Source: Candidatus Bathyarchaeia archaeon (GTDB taxonomy: Archaea > Thermoproteota > Bathyarchaeia > Bathyarchaeales > Bathycorpusculaceae). Taken from it: a DNA stretch of 64,000 nucleotides. Positions 48,799 to 59,234 of the stretch are shown here, piece by piece. The stretch is from assembly GCA_038882955.1 (NCBI GenBank), contig JAVZNC010000001.1, positions 192,001 through 256,000 of the forward strand. Reading direction: 5' to 3'. A program made the translations under genes and the position numbers. Numbering within the stretch: position 1 is the stretch's first letter; each line of letters opens with the position of its first letter. The notes beneath the pieces were generated by a model. The model was given only the letters and a program-made list of their open reading frames with translations, ran no database searches and was not told where the DNA came from.

Positions 48799-49443
48799 TT
48801 ATAACCCTTCCTTTACCTCGTTTCCAAAAGCTTTCATAAGAAACTTGAAGACCGCGAAGGCTGCGCCGCGATCCGCCCTAAAACCAGTGGTTGCACCTAA
48901 TAGGCATACGCCGTCTATATTGCGTTCCTTTGCAAGCGCAAGCGTCAAACCGGCAGCACCGACAATTCTTCCCTTACTATAGATTACAGCGCCCTTCTCC
49001 ATAAATTCCGCCGCTAGCCTAGGCGAAGTTGCAGCCACGTAAACTTGCGTCTTCTCCTCTGTGAGAGGCACACCGCCTATGGTGACAACAAAACTGCATC
49101 CGAGTTTCTCTACAAAATCCAATATTTCACTGCATATCTCATAATGCGCCACAACATCCTCGAAGGAAGGTTGCGTGTCCCCAGTCATTATGACAAAATC
49201 AGTCTTTTCCATGGGCGCAGCATAAAACTCGTACCTGGGCAGGCGGCAAATCCCCTTCGTGCTAACAGACACATAATCGGGAAAAGAAGGCGAATAAAAC
49301 TCTGCAAAGGGTTTAGCGCCACAAAACTTTATCAACAAATCAGCTGCAATCTTCCCAACATTACCCAAACCAGGAAGACCTTGAACAAAAACAGGCTTAT
49401 CCAGAGATGGAGCAAATAAGCAGTTGAAGTAGGGCTTATCCAT
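48799..49443 (-). CDS. PAC2 family proteasome assembly chaperone
   Basis: GLPGLGNVGKIAA, GDTQP, IVGAAG. Confidence 0.88.
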   Translation of the reverse strand: MDKPYFNCLFAPSLDKPVFVQGLPGLGNVGKIAADLLIKFCGAKPFAEFYSPSFPDYVSVSTKGICRLPRYEFYAAPMEKTDFVIMTGDTQPSFEDVVAHYEICSEILDFVEKLGCSFVVTIGGVPLTEEKTQVYVAATSPRLAAEFMEKGAVIYSKGRIVGAAGLTLALAKERNIDGVCLLGATTGFRADRGAAFAVFKFLMKAFGNEVKEGL

Positions 49444-49545
49444 GCACGCTTCACGCCAAACCCAATAAACAACAAGCAAACTAAAAAATATTTTCAAAAG
49501 CGTTTCCCAAAAAGATTTAAGAAACCACACGTTCAGCATACAAAT

Positions 49546-49624
49546 AGCGGGGTGGGGTAGCCAGGATTAACCCGCTGGGCTCATAACCCAGAGATCGGTC
49601 GTTCAAATCGACCCCCCGCTACCA
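49546..49624 (+). tRNA. trnM: Initiator tRNA-Met(CAT), CCA encoded
   Basis: A1-U72 pair, GGG/CCC in the anticodon stem, CAT anticodon, TTCAAAT. Confidence 0.95.
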
Positions 49625-49678
49625 AAAATTGTTTAATTTAATTTGGTTTGTCAAGAAAGAAGGGAGGTTACGTGTGCT

Positions 49679-49903
49679 TTAAAACTCGTTTAGGGTAAAT
49701 CCCTTTAAGTCCATGCTTTTCCATTGGATTGTTTCGCCGTTTATCGTTATGCTTTCCGCATTTACAAAGGATTGCCAAAGTTTTGCCTCAACGACTCTTT
49801 GTCGAAGGTTTTGTTTAATTTCTCTCATCAACTTAATTTTTTCTGCGTCTGAAACTTCTAGTAGGTTAATTTTCTTTTGGTTTTTCTTGTTTTTTGTGCC
49901 CAT
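49679..49903 (-). CDS. Hypothetical protein
   Basis: AGGAGG SD before ATG. Confidence 0.55.
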   Translation of the reverse strand: MGTKNKKNQKKINLLEVSDAEKIKLMREIKQNLRQRVVEAKLWQSFVNAESITINGETIQWKSMDLKGFTLNEF

Positions 49904-49969
49904 GTTTGCTGTCCTCCTTTAACTTGACTTGTCGCATCTCTTAATAAATCAGTTCTTTCAGCGCTCGAC

Positions 49970-49990
49970 ATGTATCATTTACCGATACAT
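49970..49990. promoter_or_regulatory. Palindrome in a divergent promoter region
   Basis: ATGTATC-N7-GATACAT; extra GATACAT at 50033. Confidence 0.4.
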
Positions 49991-50055
49991 ACACGTATGC
50001 GCTTGGGAAAAATTATAAAGAGCTGCAGCTTGGATACATAGTTTAGTGGTTAAAA

Positions 50056-51573
50056 ATGCAGCTTGACCCCGTAGAAAACGCACTATTTTCGGCGACGATA
50101 AATCCGTTGCTTAGGGGTTTGATTAGCCGATTTGATAGAGAATGCCCAGAAGATGGTAGTCTCCTTCTAAACTCTTTGAAGGATTTTATTGGCGAAAACG
50201 TTTCCCTATGCCCCACATGCAGCCACATAAGCCGTACAATCGCAAAGCCCGTTTATGAGCTTGGAAGCCGTTTTCTGCGCGTGGACAAGGAGTTCATGAG
50301 AAAACAGTTCTTGGACAGCCAGTATGGCGAAGCTTGGTTCAGGGGCTTCGGGTTAATGATGAAGGGCATAGAAAAGTATGGTGTACGCGTACCATTCACT
50401 CCAGCCGGACCGTTTGAGATCGTCTGGAATTTCACGAGTATATGTAATTTAAGGTGTAAGCACTGTTATGAGGATGCAGGTAAAAAACGCGCCGAACTGA
50501 CAACGGAAGAGGCAAAAGAGGTTTTGGATATCCTCTCAAGGATTGCGGGGATAGGATTACCAGCGCTTTCCTTCAGCGGAGGCGAACCCCTCGCAAGAAA
50601 GGACTTCTTTGAACTTGCAGCTTACGCGAAGAAACGCGTGGGCTACGTAAGCATAGCCTCAAATGGAACATTGATCACAAAGGATGCTGCCAAAAAGATT
50701 AAGGATGCGGGAGTGGACTATGTGGAAATAAGCATAGACGGTGCAACCCCACAAGTGCATGACGACTTTAGAGGAATACCTGGAGCCTTTGAAAGAGCCA
50801 TAGAAGGCGTAAAGAACGCCATTGATGAAGGAATAGACACGTGCATAGCAACAGTTCTGCACAGAGATAACATCAAAGAACTTGACAAGCTCATAAACCT
50901 GGCAAAAGAATTAGATGTGCGCTTTATGCATTTCAATTACATACCAACTGGAAGGGCAAAAGCTTATGCCGAATTGGATTTAACGCCAGACGAGCGTCTC
51001 CACGTTTTAGAGGCAATCGGAAAGGAGATAATCAACCTATACTTGCAAGCAAAAGAAGAAGAACTAACGCATGGAAAGTCAAATGTGAAAGTTGACCGTT
51101 TCTTCAGCACATGCCCACAATACGCAAGCGTAACAAAGGAACTATCGCAAAAGGCTGGCGAAAAATTCGTTGTTGAGGCACATTATGCAGCGAAAAAGGG
51201 CGTGGAAAACGTTGCAAACTTTTTGGGCGGTTGCGGGGCTGGACGATTATATTGTTGTTTGGAGCCTAACGGCGACATTAAACCGTGCGTTTTCTTTCCA
51301 ACAAACAAAGAAACCATTTTGGGTAACATATTGAGGGATGACTTCGAAGAAATCTGGGATAAACATCCGCTTTTATGGGACTTACGCGTGAGAGAAAAAC
51401 TCGAAGACTACATAGTGGATGGAAAAAGGGTTGGATGTGGAAACTGCCCAGACAAATACATTTGTGGAGGGTGCCGTGCAAGAGCCCACAGCTACTTCAA
51501 TGGAAACGTGAAAGCTCCAGACATAGGATGCATTCACAATAAGCCCTTATGGGAAAAAATGGTTAGGAGATAA
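50056..51573 (+). CDS. Radical SAM/SPASM domain protein
   Basis: CNLRCKHC, SGGEP, GCGAGR, PCVF, CGNC...CGGCRARA. Confidence 0.92.
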   Translation: MQLDPVENALFSATINPLLRGLISRFDRECPEDGSLLLNSLKDFIGENVSLCPTCSHISRTIAKPVYELGSRFLRVDKEFMRKQFLDSQYGEAWFRGFGLMMKGIEKYGVRVPFTPAGPFEIVWNFTSICNLRCKHCYEDAGKKRAELTTEEAKEVLDILSRIAGIGLPALSFSGGEPLARKDFFELAAYAKKRVGYVSIASNGTLITKDAAKKIKDAGVDYVEISIDGATPQVHDDFRGIPGAFERAIEGVKNAIDEGIDTCIATVLHRDNIKELDKLINLAKELDVRFMHFNYIPTGRAKAYAELDLTPDERLHVLEAIGKEIINLYLQAKEEELTHGKSNVKVDRFFSTCPQYASVTKELSQKAGEKFVVEAHYAAKKGVENVANFLGGCGAGRLYCCLEPNGDIKPCVFFPTNKETILGNILRDDFEEIWDKHPLLWDLRVREKLEDYIVDGKRVGCGNCPDKYICGGCRARAHSYFNGNVKAPDIGCIHNKPLWEKMVRR

Positions 51574-51583
51574 ATGAGCGTGC

Positions 51584-51787
51584 CTATGCTTTTCCTTTTT
51601 CTTCCTTTCCAAAGTATACTGTCCACTTGAGCTTTCGCGCGTCCCTTTTAAGTTTTAAAGAACTCTTTCTACATTTGCTTGAGCAGAACCAGAATATTGT
51701 CCCGTCATTTTTAACGTACATTAACCCAGTGCCAGCTGGAAACTCACTTCCACAGAAAGAACATTTCCTCGGTCTAGGCAACGTCAA
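51584..51787 (-). CDS. rpl24e: 50S ribosomal protein L24e
   Basis: CSFCG...GTG...FCSSKC, LKWT. Confidence 0.95.
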   Translation of the reverse strand: MTLPRPRKCSFCGSEFPAGTGLMYVKNDGTIFWFCSSKCRKSSLKLKRDARKLKWTVYFGKEEKGKA

Positions 51788-51814
51788 CCGCTCCCTTCAA
51801 TTCTAGCCCTTTTT

Positions 51815-52045
51815 CTACCTTGTTATCTTCTTCGCCTCTCTTTCAGTTTCCCTGAGCATCAGTATGTCTTGAACTCTCACTGGACCCTTAACGTTGCGCG
51901 TTATGATTCGCCCCTTATCCTTTCCCTCTAATATGCGGACTCTCACCTGTGTGATTTCGCCAGTAACGCCCGTACGCCCAATAACTTGAATTACCTCTGC
52001 AGGGGTAAGTTCTTCCTCAACAGCCTTCTTCTCTTCCTTGCTCAT
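51815..52045 (-). CDS. rps28e: 30S ribosomal protein S28e
   Basis: [19 protein letters not shown]. Confidence 0.96.
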   Translation of the reverse strand: MSKEEKKAVEEELTPAEVIQVIGRTGVTGEITQVRVRILEGKDKGRIITRNVKGPVRVQDILMLRETEREAKKITR

Positions 52046-52050
52046 TGCGT

Positions 52051-52425
52051 TTATCCTCTCTTAAGCTGCTCCACTTTGGCGACTATCTCTTTGACAAGAC
52101 CAGCAGCGTCTCCTTCCTTTACAATGCAAGCGGAGGCGGCGGGAACATCAATGCCGATGGCGTTGCCCAGTTTCTCTTTGCTTGGAACGTAAACGTATGG
52201 AATTTTTCTTTCCTCGCATAGTAGGGGCAAATGCGCCACAACCTCTGGCGGGTCAACATCCTCGGCGATCACTACAAGTTTGGCTTGAGCCCTTTCTATT
52301 GCTTTTGTAGTTTCGTTTGTGCCCTTCCTAACAGCCCCTGTTTTCGCGGCTATTTGTAGGGCTTCATAGGCTGCATCTGCGAGTTCCTTTGGAACTTCGA
52401 ACTTGACATAAAACGGTTTTGACAT
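52051..52425 (-). CDS. rpl7ae: Ribosomal protein L7Ae
   Basis: [17 protein letters not shown]. Confidence 0.97.
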   Translation of the reverse strand: MSKPFYVKFEVPKELADAAYEALQIAAKTGAVRKGTNETTKAIERAQAKLVVIAEDVDPPEVVAHLPLLCEERKIPYVYVPSKEKLGNAIGIDVPAASACIVKEGDAAGLVKEIVAKVEQLKRG

Positions 52426-52727
52426 GAGCCTCACCCAAATGCACAGTCTTATCAACAATTCTCATTTATTTAAGTTTCGTCTGGTAAGGAGAAAACATAT
52501 GTTCGCCAAAGTGAAATGTGACCATAAGAGGCGTTTACAAAAGAACGGTTTTAACACAATTATATAAAAGACGGAAAAAAGTTGAAAGGCGCAATCGTTT
52601 AAACTTGCTTATAAACCAGTTTCCACAAAAATTGCGTTTTGAGAAATCATTCACAAAATAATGTAGAAATGTTTAAATAAAATGATTCGTTGAAACCTTT
52701 TACTTTTCGTGAGGGGAAAATGAAAGC

Positions 52728-52985
52728 TTGCAGAGATTAGGCAGAGTCCTCCACATAACTCCAAACCACAACATCGTTGTGAAGGTTGAAAATACTCCGA
52801 AGGTTGGAGAAAAGGTCGTTGATGAAAACATGAAACCAGTAGGAAAAGTTTTCGACATAATAGGGCCTGTACACGCGCCCTATGCAATAATAAAACCAAA
52901 TATTAAAGAGGAAAAAAGCCTTACAGACAAAACGTTGTACACGCTTCCCCTCGAGAGGAGAAAGGAGAAGATGATAAATGAGTGA
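52728..52985 (+). CDS. gar1: H/ACA RNP component Gar1
   Basis: [12 protein letters not shown]; position upstream of tfb. Confidence 0.85.
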   Translation: MQRLGRVLHITPNHNIVVKVENTPKVGEKVVDENMKPVGKVFDIIGPVHAPYAIIKPNIKEEKSLTDKTLYTLPLERRKEKMINE

Positions 52986-53952
52986 CGATCTGGAAGGATC
53001 CGAGGGGGCAGATTCTTCATCACCGACACCCACGCTTGAACATGCAAAGATTCAACGCTGCCCAGAATGCGGCAGCACCAGGCTCATGCGAGATTACGAA
53101 TGCGCCGAAATAGTTTGTATGGACTGCGGCGTGGTTATAGCCGCAAAAATAGCAGATAGGGGCCCAGAGTGGAGGGCATTTGATGACGAGCAAAGAAGCA
53201 AAAGAACGAGGGTTGGCGCACCATTAACCTACACGATTCATGATAAGGGCCTTTCAACAATGATTGACTGGCATGACAGAGACATTTACGGAAAAAGCCT
53301 ATCCCCTGGGCAGAAAGCGCAAGTTTATCGACTCAGAAAGTGGCAGCGCCGCATAAGAGTTTCAGACGCGACGGAGCGAAACCTCGCTTTCGCTTTGTCA
53401 GAAATAACGAAAATTGCTACTAACTTAAGCTTGCCAAAAAATATCCTTGAAACAGCCTCTGTCATTTATAGAAAAGCCGTGAAGGAAAGGCTAATCCGTG
53501 GAAGGTCAATTCAAGGCGTAACAGCCGCAGCAATTTATTTGGCTTGCAGACAATGCGGATTGGCAAGGACACTGGAGGAAATAGCTCAAGCTTCAAGCGT
53601 CAACAAAAAAGAGGTTGGACGCAGCTACCGCTTCTTAATAAAGGAACTGGAATATTCCATACCACCCTTGAAACCAAGCCAATACATTACGAAATTTTCA
53701 AACCAGCTAACAATGCAAGGAAAAGTTGAGGAAATCGCCCACAAAATATTAGCAGCAGCAAAAGAGCTAAAACTAACATCTGGACGCGGCCCAACCGGAA
53801 TAGCGGCTGCAGCAAGCTACATAGCTTCCGTCTTGACTGGTGAGAGGAAGACTCAGAGGGAAATTGCCGAGATTGCGCAGGTCACGGAGGTTACTATTCG
53901 AAATAGGTATAAGGAACTCGTTGAAAGGTTGATGTTTCAAATAAGCATCTGA
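52978..53952 (+). CDS. tfb: Transcription initiation factor IIB
   Basis: Zn ribbon, [20 protein letters not shown]. Confidence 0.98.
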   Translation: MSDDLEGSEGADSSSPTPTLEHAKIQRCPECGSTRLMRDYECAEIVCMDCGVVIAAKIADRGPEWRAFDDEQRSKRTRVGAPLTYTIHDKGLSTMIDWHDRDIYGKSLSPGQKAQVYRLRKWQRRIRVSDATERNLAFALSEITKIATNLSLPKNILETASVIYRKAVKERLIRGRSIQGVTAAAIYLACRQCGLARTLEEIAQASSVNKKEVGRSYRFLIKELEYSIPPLKPSQYITKFSNQLTMQGKVEEIAHKILAAAKELKLTSGRGPTGIAAAASYIASVLTGERKTQREIAEIAQVTEVTIRNRYKELVERLMFQISI

Positions 53953-53995
53953 CGCGAAGCATCACTTTCCCATTTATTTTTTTGTTCTGAAATTT

Positions 53996-54283
53996 CTATA
54001 GTAGTTCTTCTTCCTCATTGCAGCTTTGGCACTCTTCTTGTTTTTCCTCTTCCTCTTCTTCGCTGAGGAGAGTTGACGCCACTTCACGAAGTTCTTGAAG
54101 AAACTCTCTTGGAATTTTACCCTTTAAGGTTTTAACTTCCTCCCTCAACTTGTCAACTTCACTTTCTAAACTCTTCGCTTTTTCGCTTAGCTCTACAACC
54201 TCTTTAAGCTGTTTAACCTCCTCCAGAAGCATCGCCTTCTCCTTCTCCAACATCCTAATTTTATCTTCAAGCTTGCTCTTCAT
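53996..54283 (-). CDS. Coiled-coil protein with acidic tail
   Basis: Heptads, LESEVDKLREEV, EEEEEKQEECQSCNEEEELL. Confidence 0.75.
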   Translation of the reverse strand: MKSKLEDKIRMLEKEKAMLLEEVKQLKEVVELSEKAKSLESEVDKLREEVKTLKGKIPREFLQELREVASTLLSEEEEEEKQEECQSCNEEEELL

Positions 54284-54423
54284 CTCACCGACTTGCATAA
54301 ATTTCGCACATCCCAAACATTCTATATTTTGGCTCTCGAAATTAATAATTTACCACACACTGTTGTTTCAAAACACATTTTAGACAAAAGTTAAATAATT
54401 ATCTATGAGGGGGGGAGAGTTGC

Positions 54424-54855
54424 TTGGTTAAATGCCCAAAGTGCGGAGCAGAAGTACTGCATCCCGTTAAAACTTGGCCTATTCCTTCTCGAAGAGCAGC
54501 AGAGAAAGCAGGAGAATCAAAACTTTCTGTAGGGATATTTGATTGTCCAAAGTGTGGAGCTAGGTTTAGAGCGGCTTTAGAAGTTGAAACCAAGCTTGAA
54601 GAGACAGTAAGTATTAAAAACATGGTGGAAAGAATTAAAGGGATAAGGGAAGAGCTTATGCAGACGCTGAAGAACCTGCGTGAAAAAATTAAGACTTTAG
54701 AAACTGAAAGAGCAAACTTGATGATTGAAATTGAAAAGTTGAGGAAAGCCGCTGAATCGAAAGCAAGCGCGTTGGAAAGCGAAGTAAACATGCTGCGAGA
54801 AGAAGTGCGATCTTTAAGGGAACTTCTGGGGTACACGGAAGAAAAAGAGAAATAA
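54424..54855 (+). CDS. Cren7-like Zn ribbon fused to a coiled coil
   Basis: CPKCG..V..PVKTW.I...VGIFDCPKCGARFR, then about 85 aa of heptads. Confidence 0.65.
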   Translation: MVKCPKCGAEVLHPVKTWPIPSRRAAEKAGESKLSVGIFDCPKCGARFRAALEVETKLEETVSIKNMVERIKGIREELMQTLKNLREKIKTLETERANLMIEIEKLRKAAESKASALESEVNMLREEVRSLRELLGYTEEKEK

Positions 54856-54863
54856 TGAATTGA

Positions 54864-55256
54864 CTATTCCTTCAAAAATTTCTTATAATATTCTTGAGCC
54901 AATGCTACCGCTTTTTCTGGATTCTTTAGTATTGGATAAGAAACTCCTGAAATCTTTTGACATTCGCTGAAATATTCAACAACCTTTTTTACATTGCCTT
55001 CATATATTGCTAAGCCACCAGCAATTCTATACCATAAATTCGCCTTAACAAGGTCTTTTTCTTTCTCGGCTTTCTTCGCGTTTTCAGCAGCCTCCTTCAT
55101 TGTAACCCCGAGTTTTTTGGGGTTAAGATACATCGTGTTCAGCAAGGCTTCGTATGTTTCTTTGTCATCCCCGCAAAGTTGTTCAAGCTCCGTTAACTGC
55201 CTCGGTTTCTCATCACTTTTTTTCTCCTTTCTTCTAAATCTGCCAAGCAAACCCAA
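54864..55256 (-). CDS. Hypothetical helical protein
   Basis: 130-aa ORF with GGAGG SD. Confidence 0.6.
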   Translation of the reverse strand: MGLLGRFRRKEKKSDEKPRQLTELEQLCGDDKETYEALLNTMYLNPKKLGVTMKEAAENAKKAEKEKDLVKANLWYRIAGGLAIYEGNVKKVVEYFSECQKISGVSYPILKNPEKAVALAQEYYKKFLKE

Positions 55257-55339
55257 AGTTAAGCCTCCTCAAACAGCCTCGATTTGGATTAAAATAAAAC
55301 ATAGTTAACTTTAAAAGTTTGTCCTTCTTTTCATTGGTT

Positions 55340-55954
55340 ATGCCATATAAGTTCACGTTTGACCTTTCGAGTATTCCACGCTTGTTTTTCAATGAAATAG
55401 CTAAGGTTAGTTACCGGAAGAGTTTACATAAAAAAGTTGGGAAGACGATGCTTGGAATAATAGAGAAGTTTAAACTTCAAGAGATAACTGGTCTTAACTT
55501 GTCTGATATTGTTGTTCTCTTGCAGGATCTTGTCGAGATTCAAGCGAAAAATCTTTCGGAAAGGGAGAAGTTTGTGCAAACGCAGAGGAGAGCCCTATTC
55601 TTGCCGCATTGCTCAAGAAAATACATGGATAGTAGGTGTAAGGCAACTTTTAATCCGGACTTGCCAACTTATGTTTGTGCGCATTGTTCTCCAGACTGCC
55701 TGATTAATAAAACTGTGACCTTCGCTGAAAAGAAAGGTTATGACGTTTACATATTGCCTGGCGGTTCATGTGTCGCTAAAATTTTGAGTTCTAAACATTA
55801 CGATGGTGTTGTTGGGGTTGCCTGCGGTGAGGAAATCAAAATTAGTAGTGAAGCATTGAAGAATTTGGATGTTGCTGGTCAAGCTGTGCCTTTAATTAAG
55901 AATGGATGTGCAAACACGGTTTTTAACGTTGAAGCTTTGTTTAAAACTCTTTAG
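55340..55954 (+). CDS. DUF116 family protein
   Basis: LPHC, CAHC..DC, PGGS, GVAC. Confidence 0.8.
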   Translation: MPYKFTFDLSSIPRLFFNEIAKVSYRKSLHKKVGKTMLGIIEKFKLQEITGLNLSDIVVLLQDLVEIQAKNLSEREKFVQTQRRALFLPHCSRKYMDSRCKATFNPDLPTYVCAHCSPDCLINKTVTFAEKKGYDVYILPGGSCVAKILSSKHYDGVVGVACGEEIKISSEALKNLDVAGQAVPLIKNGCANTVFNVEALFKTL

Positions 55955-55965
55955 AACGCCGTAAT

Positions 55966-56127
55966 CTACTTTATTATTTCTCTTTTCTTCCAACGTAGGT
56001 TCCTGCTCCGGCAACGCCTACACTTGACAGCGCTTTCCGCGTTTCTGGCACCGCATTCTCTGCATATTTTCATGTAGAGCCTATGTTTTTGGGCAAGCGT
56101 CTTTTTGAGCGGATCCATTATCGGCAT
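55966..56127 (-). CDS. rpl40e: 50S ribosomal protein L40e (53 aa, not in ORF track)
   Basis: Manual translation MPIMDP...KICRECGARNAESAVKCRRCRSRNLRWKKRE. Confidence 0.93.
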   Translation of the reverse strand: MPIMDPLKKTLAQKHRLYMKICRECGARNAESAVKCRRCRSRNLRWKKREIIK

Positions 56128-56190
56128 TTTCTTAACCTCTCACGTGGCTAAGACTCAAATGCTTAACAGTTAGATATACTTTACGCGCAG

Positions 56191-57054
56191 TTATTGGCTG
56201 ATAAGTTTGGTTACGTCGTTTGGTTTTTCGGCAACTTTTATTCCTGCCCTCTTAAGTGCTTCAATTTTAGTTTCTGCTGTTCCAGCTTTACCCATTATTA
56301 TCGCGCCAGCATGTCCCATGCGTTTTCCGGGTGGAGCGGAACGTCCGGCTATGTATGCCACTATGGGTTTTGGATAGCTTGTCTTTGCCACGTATTCAGC
56401 CGCTAATTCTTCGAGGTTTCCACCTATTTCACCTATTAAAACAACAGCCTTTGTCTGCTCGTCTTTCTCGAACATCTTTAGAACATCAATGAAGTTTAAA
56501 CCTGTTATTGGGTCTCCGCCAACACCTAGGCATGTGGATTGCCCAAGATTTTTTGCGGTTAAGCCAGCGGCTATTTCATACGTAAGTGTTCCGCTTCTTG
56601 AAACAATCCCGACGTTTCCAGGCTTAAAAATGTGTGACGGCATTATTCCAAGCTTGCTTTCCCTAGGGGTTATTATACCAGGCGTGTTTGGTCCAATTAT
56701 TGTGGCGTTTAACTGTTTTGCGCGTGCCACCATGTTGATTGCGTCTTTTATTGGGATGTGCTCGGTTATTACTACAACTGTTTTTATTCCGTTTTCTAGG
56801 GCTTCCAGAACCGCGTCCGCCGCGAATGGCGCGGGCACAAAGATTATGGCTGCGTTTGCATTATGCTTTTCTTGGGCTTCTTCTCCGCTGTCGTACACTG
56901 GGACTCCATGAATTGTTGTTCCACCTTTTCCTGGAGTAACCCCAGCAAAGATTTTTGTTCCATATTCCAGCATTAGTTTTGTATGAAAGCTTCCTTGCGT
57001 GCCGGTTATTCCCCAAACAACCGCTTTTGTGTCTTTTCCAATTAGTATTCCCAT
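56191..57054 (-). CDS. sucD: Succinyl-CoA synthetase alpha subunit
   Basis: GVTPGKGG, SRSGTLTYE, RMGHAGA. Confidence 0.95.
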   Translation of the reverse strand: MGILIGKDTKAVVWGITGTQGSFHTKLMLEYGTKIFAGVTPGKGGTTIHGVPVYDSGEEAQEKHNANAAIIFVPAPFAADAVLEALENGIKTVVVITEHIPIKDAINMVARAKQLNATIIGPNTPGIITPRESKLGIMPSHIFKPGNVGIVSRSGTLTYEIAAGLTAKNLGQSTCLGVGGDPITGLNFIDVLKMFEKDEQTKAVVLIGEIGGNLEELAAEYVAKTSYPKPIVAYIAGRSAPPGKRMGHAGAIIMGKAGTAETKIEALKRAGIKVAEKPNDVTKLISQ

Positions 57055-57055
57055 G

Positions 57056-58204
57056 CTATTTGCCTCCGCTTTTGGCGATTTCAACTACCCTTTGTGCGGC
57101 TTTTTCCATGCTTTCGAGCACGTCTATTCCTGCTTCTGTGAGGATTTTTTTGCCTTCTTCCTCGTTTGTGCCAACAAGCCTAATGACCATGGGTTTTGTG
57201 ACGCTGACCTTTTCTTTTGCTTCTAGGATTCCCTTTGCAACGTCGTCGCAGCGTGTGATTCCGCCGAGTATGTTTATGAAAAGTGCTTTGATGTTTTTGT
57301 CTGATAAGACTATTTGTAGAGCTGCGGCGATTTTTTCTGGTGGTGCTCCGCCGCCAACATCTAGAAAGTTTGCCGGTTTTCCACCATAAACTTGTATTGT
57401 GTCCAATGTTGCCATTACTAAGCCAGCTCCGTTTCCTATTACGCCTATGTCCCCGTCCAATTTGACGTATGCCAAATCGTTTTTCATAGCCTCAATTTCC
57501 TGTGGTGTTAGCTCACCTTCGCCTTCCATGAGCCTCCTTTTGTATTCTGGGTGGCGGAACAACGCATTATCATCAATTATGATTCTTGCGTCTGCTGCAA
57601 CAAATTTTCCGTCAACAGTTTCTATAAGCGGGTTCATCTCGATTAATTCCGCATCGTAATCCATTCCTACGCGATAAAGTTTTTCGAAGAGCCTGCCAAG
57701 CCCTGAAAGTGCACTGCCGCTGTAGCCTATTCTTTTCGCGATTTGGCGGGCTTGAAAGGGATGAAAGCCACGTATTGGGTCTATTGGAAATTTTATGACT
57801 TTTTCGGGTGATTTTTGGGCAACCTCTTCTATTTCCATTCCGCCGACGGCAGACGCAATTGCAACATAGCTTCGAGCGAAACGGTCTATCGTTATGCCAA
57901 AGTAAAGTTCCTTTTTCGTTTGGATTTTTTCCTCAATCCAAACGCTTTTGACTGGTATGCCCTTTATCTGCATACTTAAAAGTTTATCCGTTGCCCGTTC
58001 CGCCTCGTCTACAGAATCGGCGAATAATATTCCGCCGGCTTTTCCTCTTCCAGCAACAAGAACTTGCGCTTTAACAGCGAGTGGTGGTTTTAGTTTGGAT
58101 GCTACTTCGTGGGCTTGGTTCACGCTTGTTGCCAATCCGCCTTGCGGCGTGGGTATTCCAAATTTTGCAAGTATAGCTTTTGCTTCGTACTCGAACAGTT
58201 TCAT
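57056..58204 (-). CDS. sucC: Succinyl-CoA synthetase beta subunit
   Basis: KAQV..GRGKAGG, GNGAGL, PANFLD, RLVGTN. Confidence 0.95.
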   Translation of the reverse strand: MKLFEYEAKAILAKFGIPTPQGGLATSVNQAHEVASKLKPPLAVKAQVLVAGRGKAGGILFADSVDEAERATDKLLSMQIKGIPVKSVWIEEKIQTKKELYFGITIDRFARSYVAIASAVGGMEIEEVAQKSPEKVIKFPIDPIRGFHPFQARQIAKRIGYSGSALSGLGRLFEKLYRVGMDYDAELIEMNPLIETVDGKFVAADARIIIDDNALFRHPEYKRRLMEGEGELTPQEIEAMKNDLAYVKLDGDIGVIGNGAGLVMATLDTIQVYGGKPANFLDVGGGAPPEKIAAALQIVLSDKNIKALFINILGGITRCDDVAKGILEAKEKVSVTKPMVIRLVGTNEEEGKKILTEAGIDVLESMEKAAQRVVEIAKSGGK

Positions 58205-58217
58205 TGCGTTGAACCCC

Positions 58218-58676
58218 TCACTTTATTGTTTCTATTGTAACGTACGATTTTGTATCTTGTATCCCATCAATGGCAGATAATTTTTTCAGCACTTCGTCGA
58301 GTTTTTCACCATCAACCATTAAGAGGGCGTCGACATCGCCAGCTATTCTAAAGGCTCTCTGAACAGCTAACTCCTTAACTTTCTCGTAAGCGAGCGTTCT
58401 TTTGTGCGGCAGCACTTTGAGAAGCACGAAGGCTGGGTTAACGGATAAGCCAAGTGCATTTAGTCCCTTCTCTGTTATGTCTATGAAACCTCTCCCAGTG
58501 CGAATATAGTTTAGGTCTCTTAGCTTTCTTAAATGTACGTTTAATGCTTGTCTGCTTATGCCCATCTGTTTCGCTAATGCTTCTTGTTTTACGGAAAGCG
58601 TGTAAGTGCTTGTGGCTTTACCCTTTTCATAAATCATCTTCAACAATTGCAATGAGCGTCTTGTAAGAGCTTCCAT
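58218..58676 (-). CDS. HTH regulator with Lrp/AsnC-type ligand domain
   Basis: QEALAKQMGISRQALNVHL; IAGDVD...IDGI. Confidence 0.8.
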   Translation of the reverse strand: MEALTRRSLQLLKMIYEKGKATSTYTLSVKQEALAKQMGISRQALNVHLRKLRDLNYIRTGRGFIDITEKGLNALGLSVNPAFVLLKVLPHKRTLAYEKVKELAVQRAFRIAGDVDALLMVDGEKLDEVLKKLSAIDGIQDTKSYVTIETIK

Positions 58677-58884
58677 CTTCTTGCCTCTTACCTTTGTTAA
58701 ATAGAACTTTTACAATAGTTATCAATTATTTAAGAATTTAGCAATGATGAGGGCCGATAAAACGTCTACTTTTAAACATCGATTCTGTTTCAAGTAGAAG
58801 ATAGTACCGCAATGTATTTATTTAACGATAAAAATGGTTATGAAGCCATAGAAAAAGTGAAAACTAGGAGTGAGGCGGTACAAA

Positions 58885-59163
58885 ATGTCAGAGAGCAACT
58901 CAGTGCTCATCGGGAATAAGCCAGTAATGAACTATGTACTGGCTTGCATAACCCTCTTTCACGGCGGAGCGAAAGAAGTAAACGTGAAGGCTAGAGGGCG
59001 ATCAATAAGCCGTGCAGTAGACGTCGTTGAAGTCGTGAGGCGCAGGTTCCTTCCAGACGTTAAAGTCAAGAAAGTTGGCATCGGAACTCAGTCAATGGCC
59101 CCCAGAGAAGAGGGTGGCACGCCAACAAACGTCAGCACAATCGAGATAACTCTTGAGCGATAG
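58885..59163 (+). CDS. albA: Chromatin protein Alba
   Basis: [23 protein letters not shown]. Confidence 0.96.
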   Translation: MSESNSVLIGNKPVMNYVLACITLFHGGAKEVNVKARGRSISRAVDVVEVVRRRFLPDVKVKKVGIGTQSMAPREEGGTPTNVSTIEITLER

Positions 59164-59234
59164 AACAGCGTATTTCGGTACGCTTTCAATGCTCCGCCGC
59201 CCCTCCTTTATTTGTGTGGAGGGCGCTTTTCAAG

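Noticed and set aside
58744-58800. ATGATGA C-box-like sequence
   Set aside because: No CTGA D box at a suitable distance
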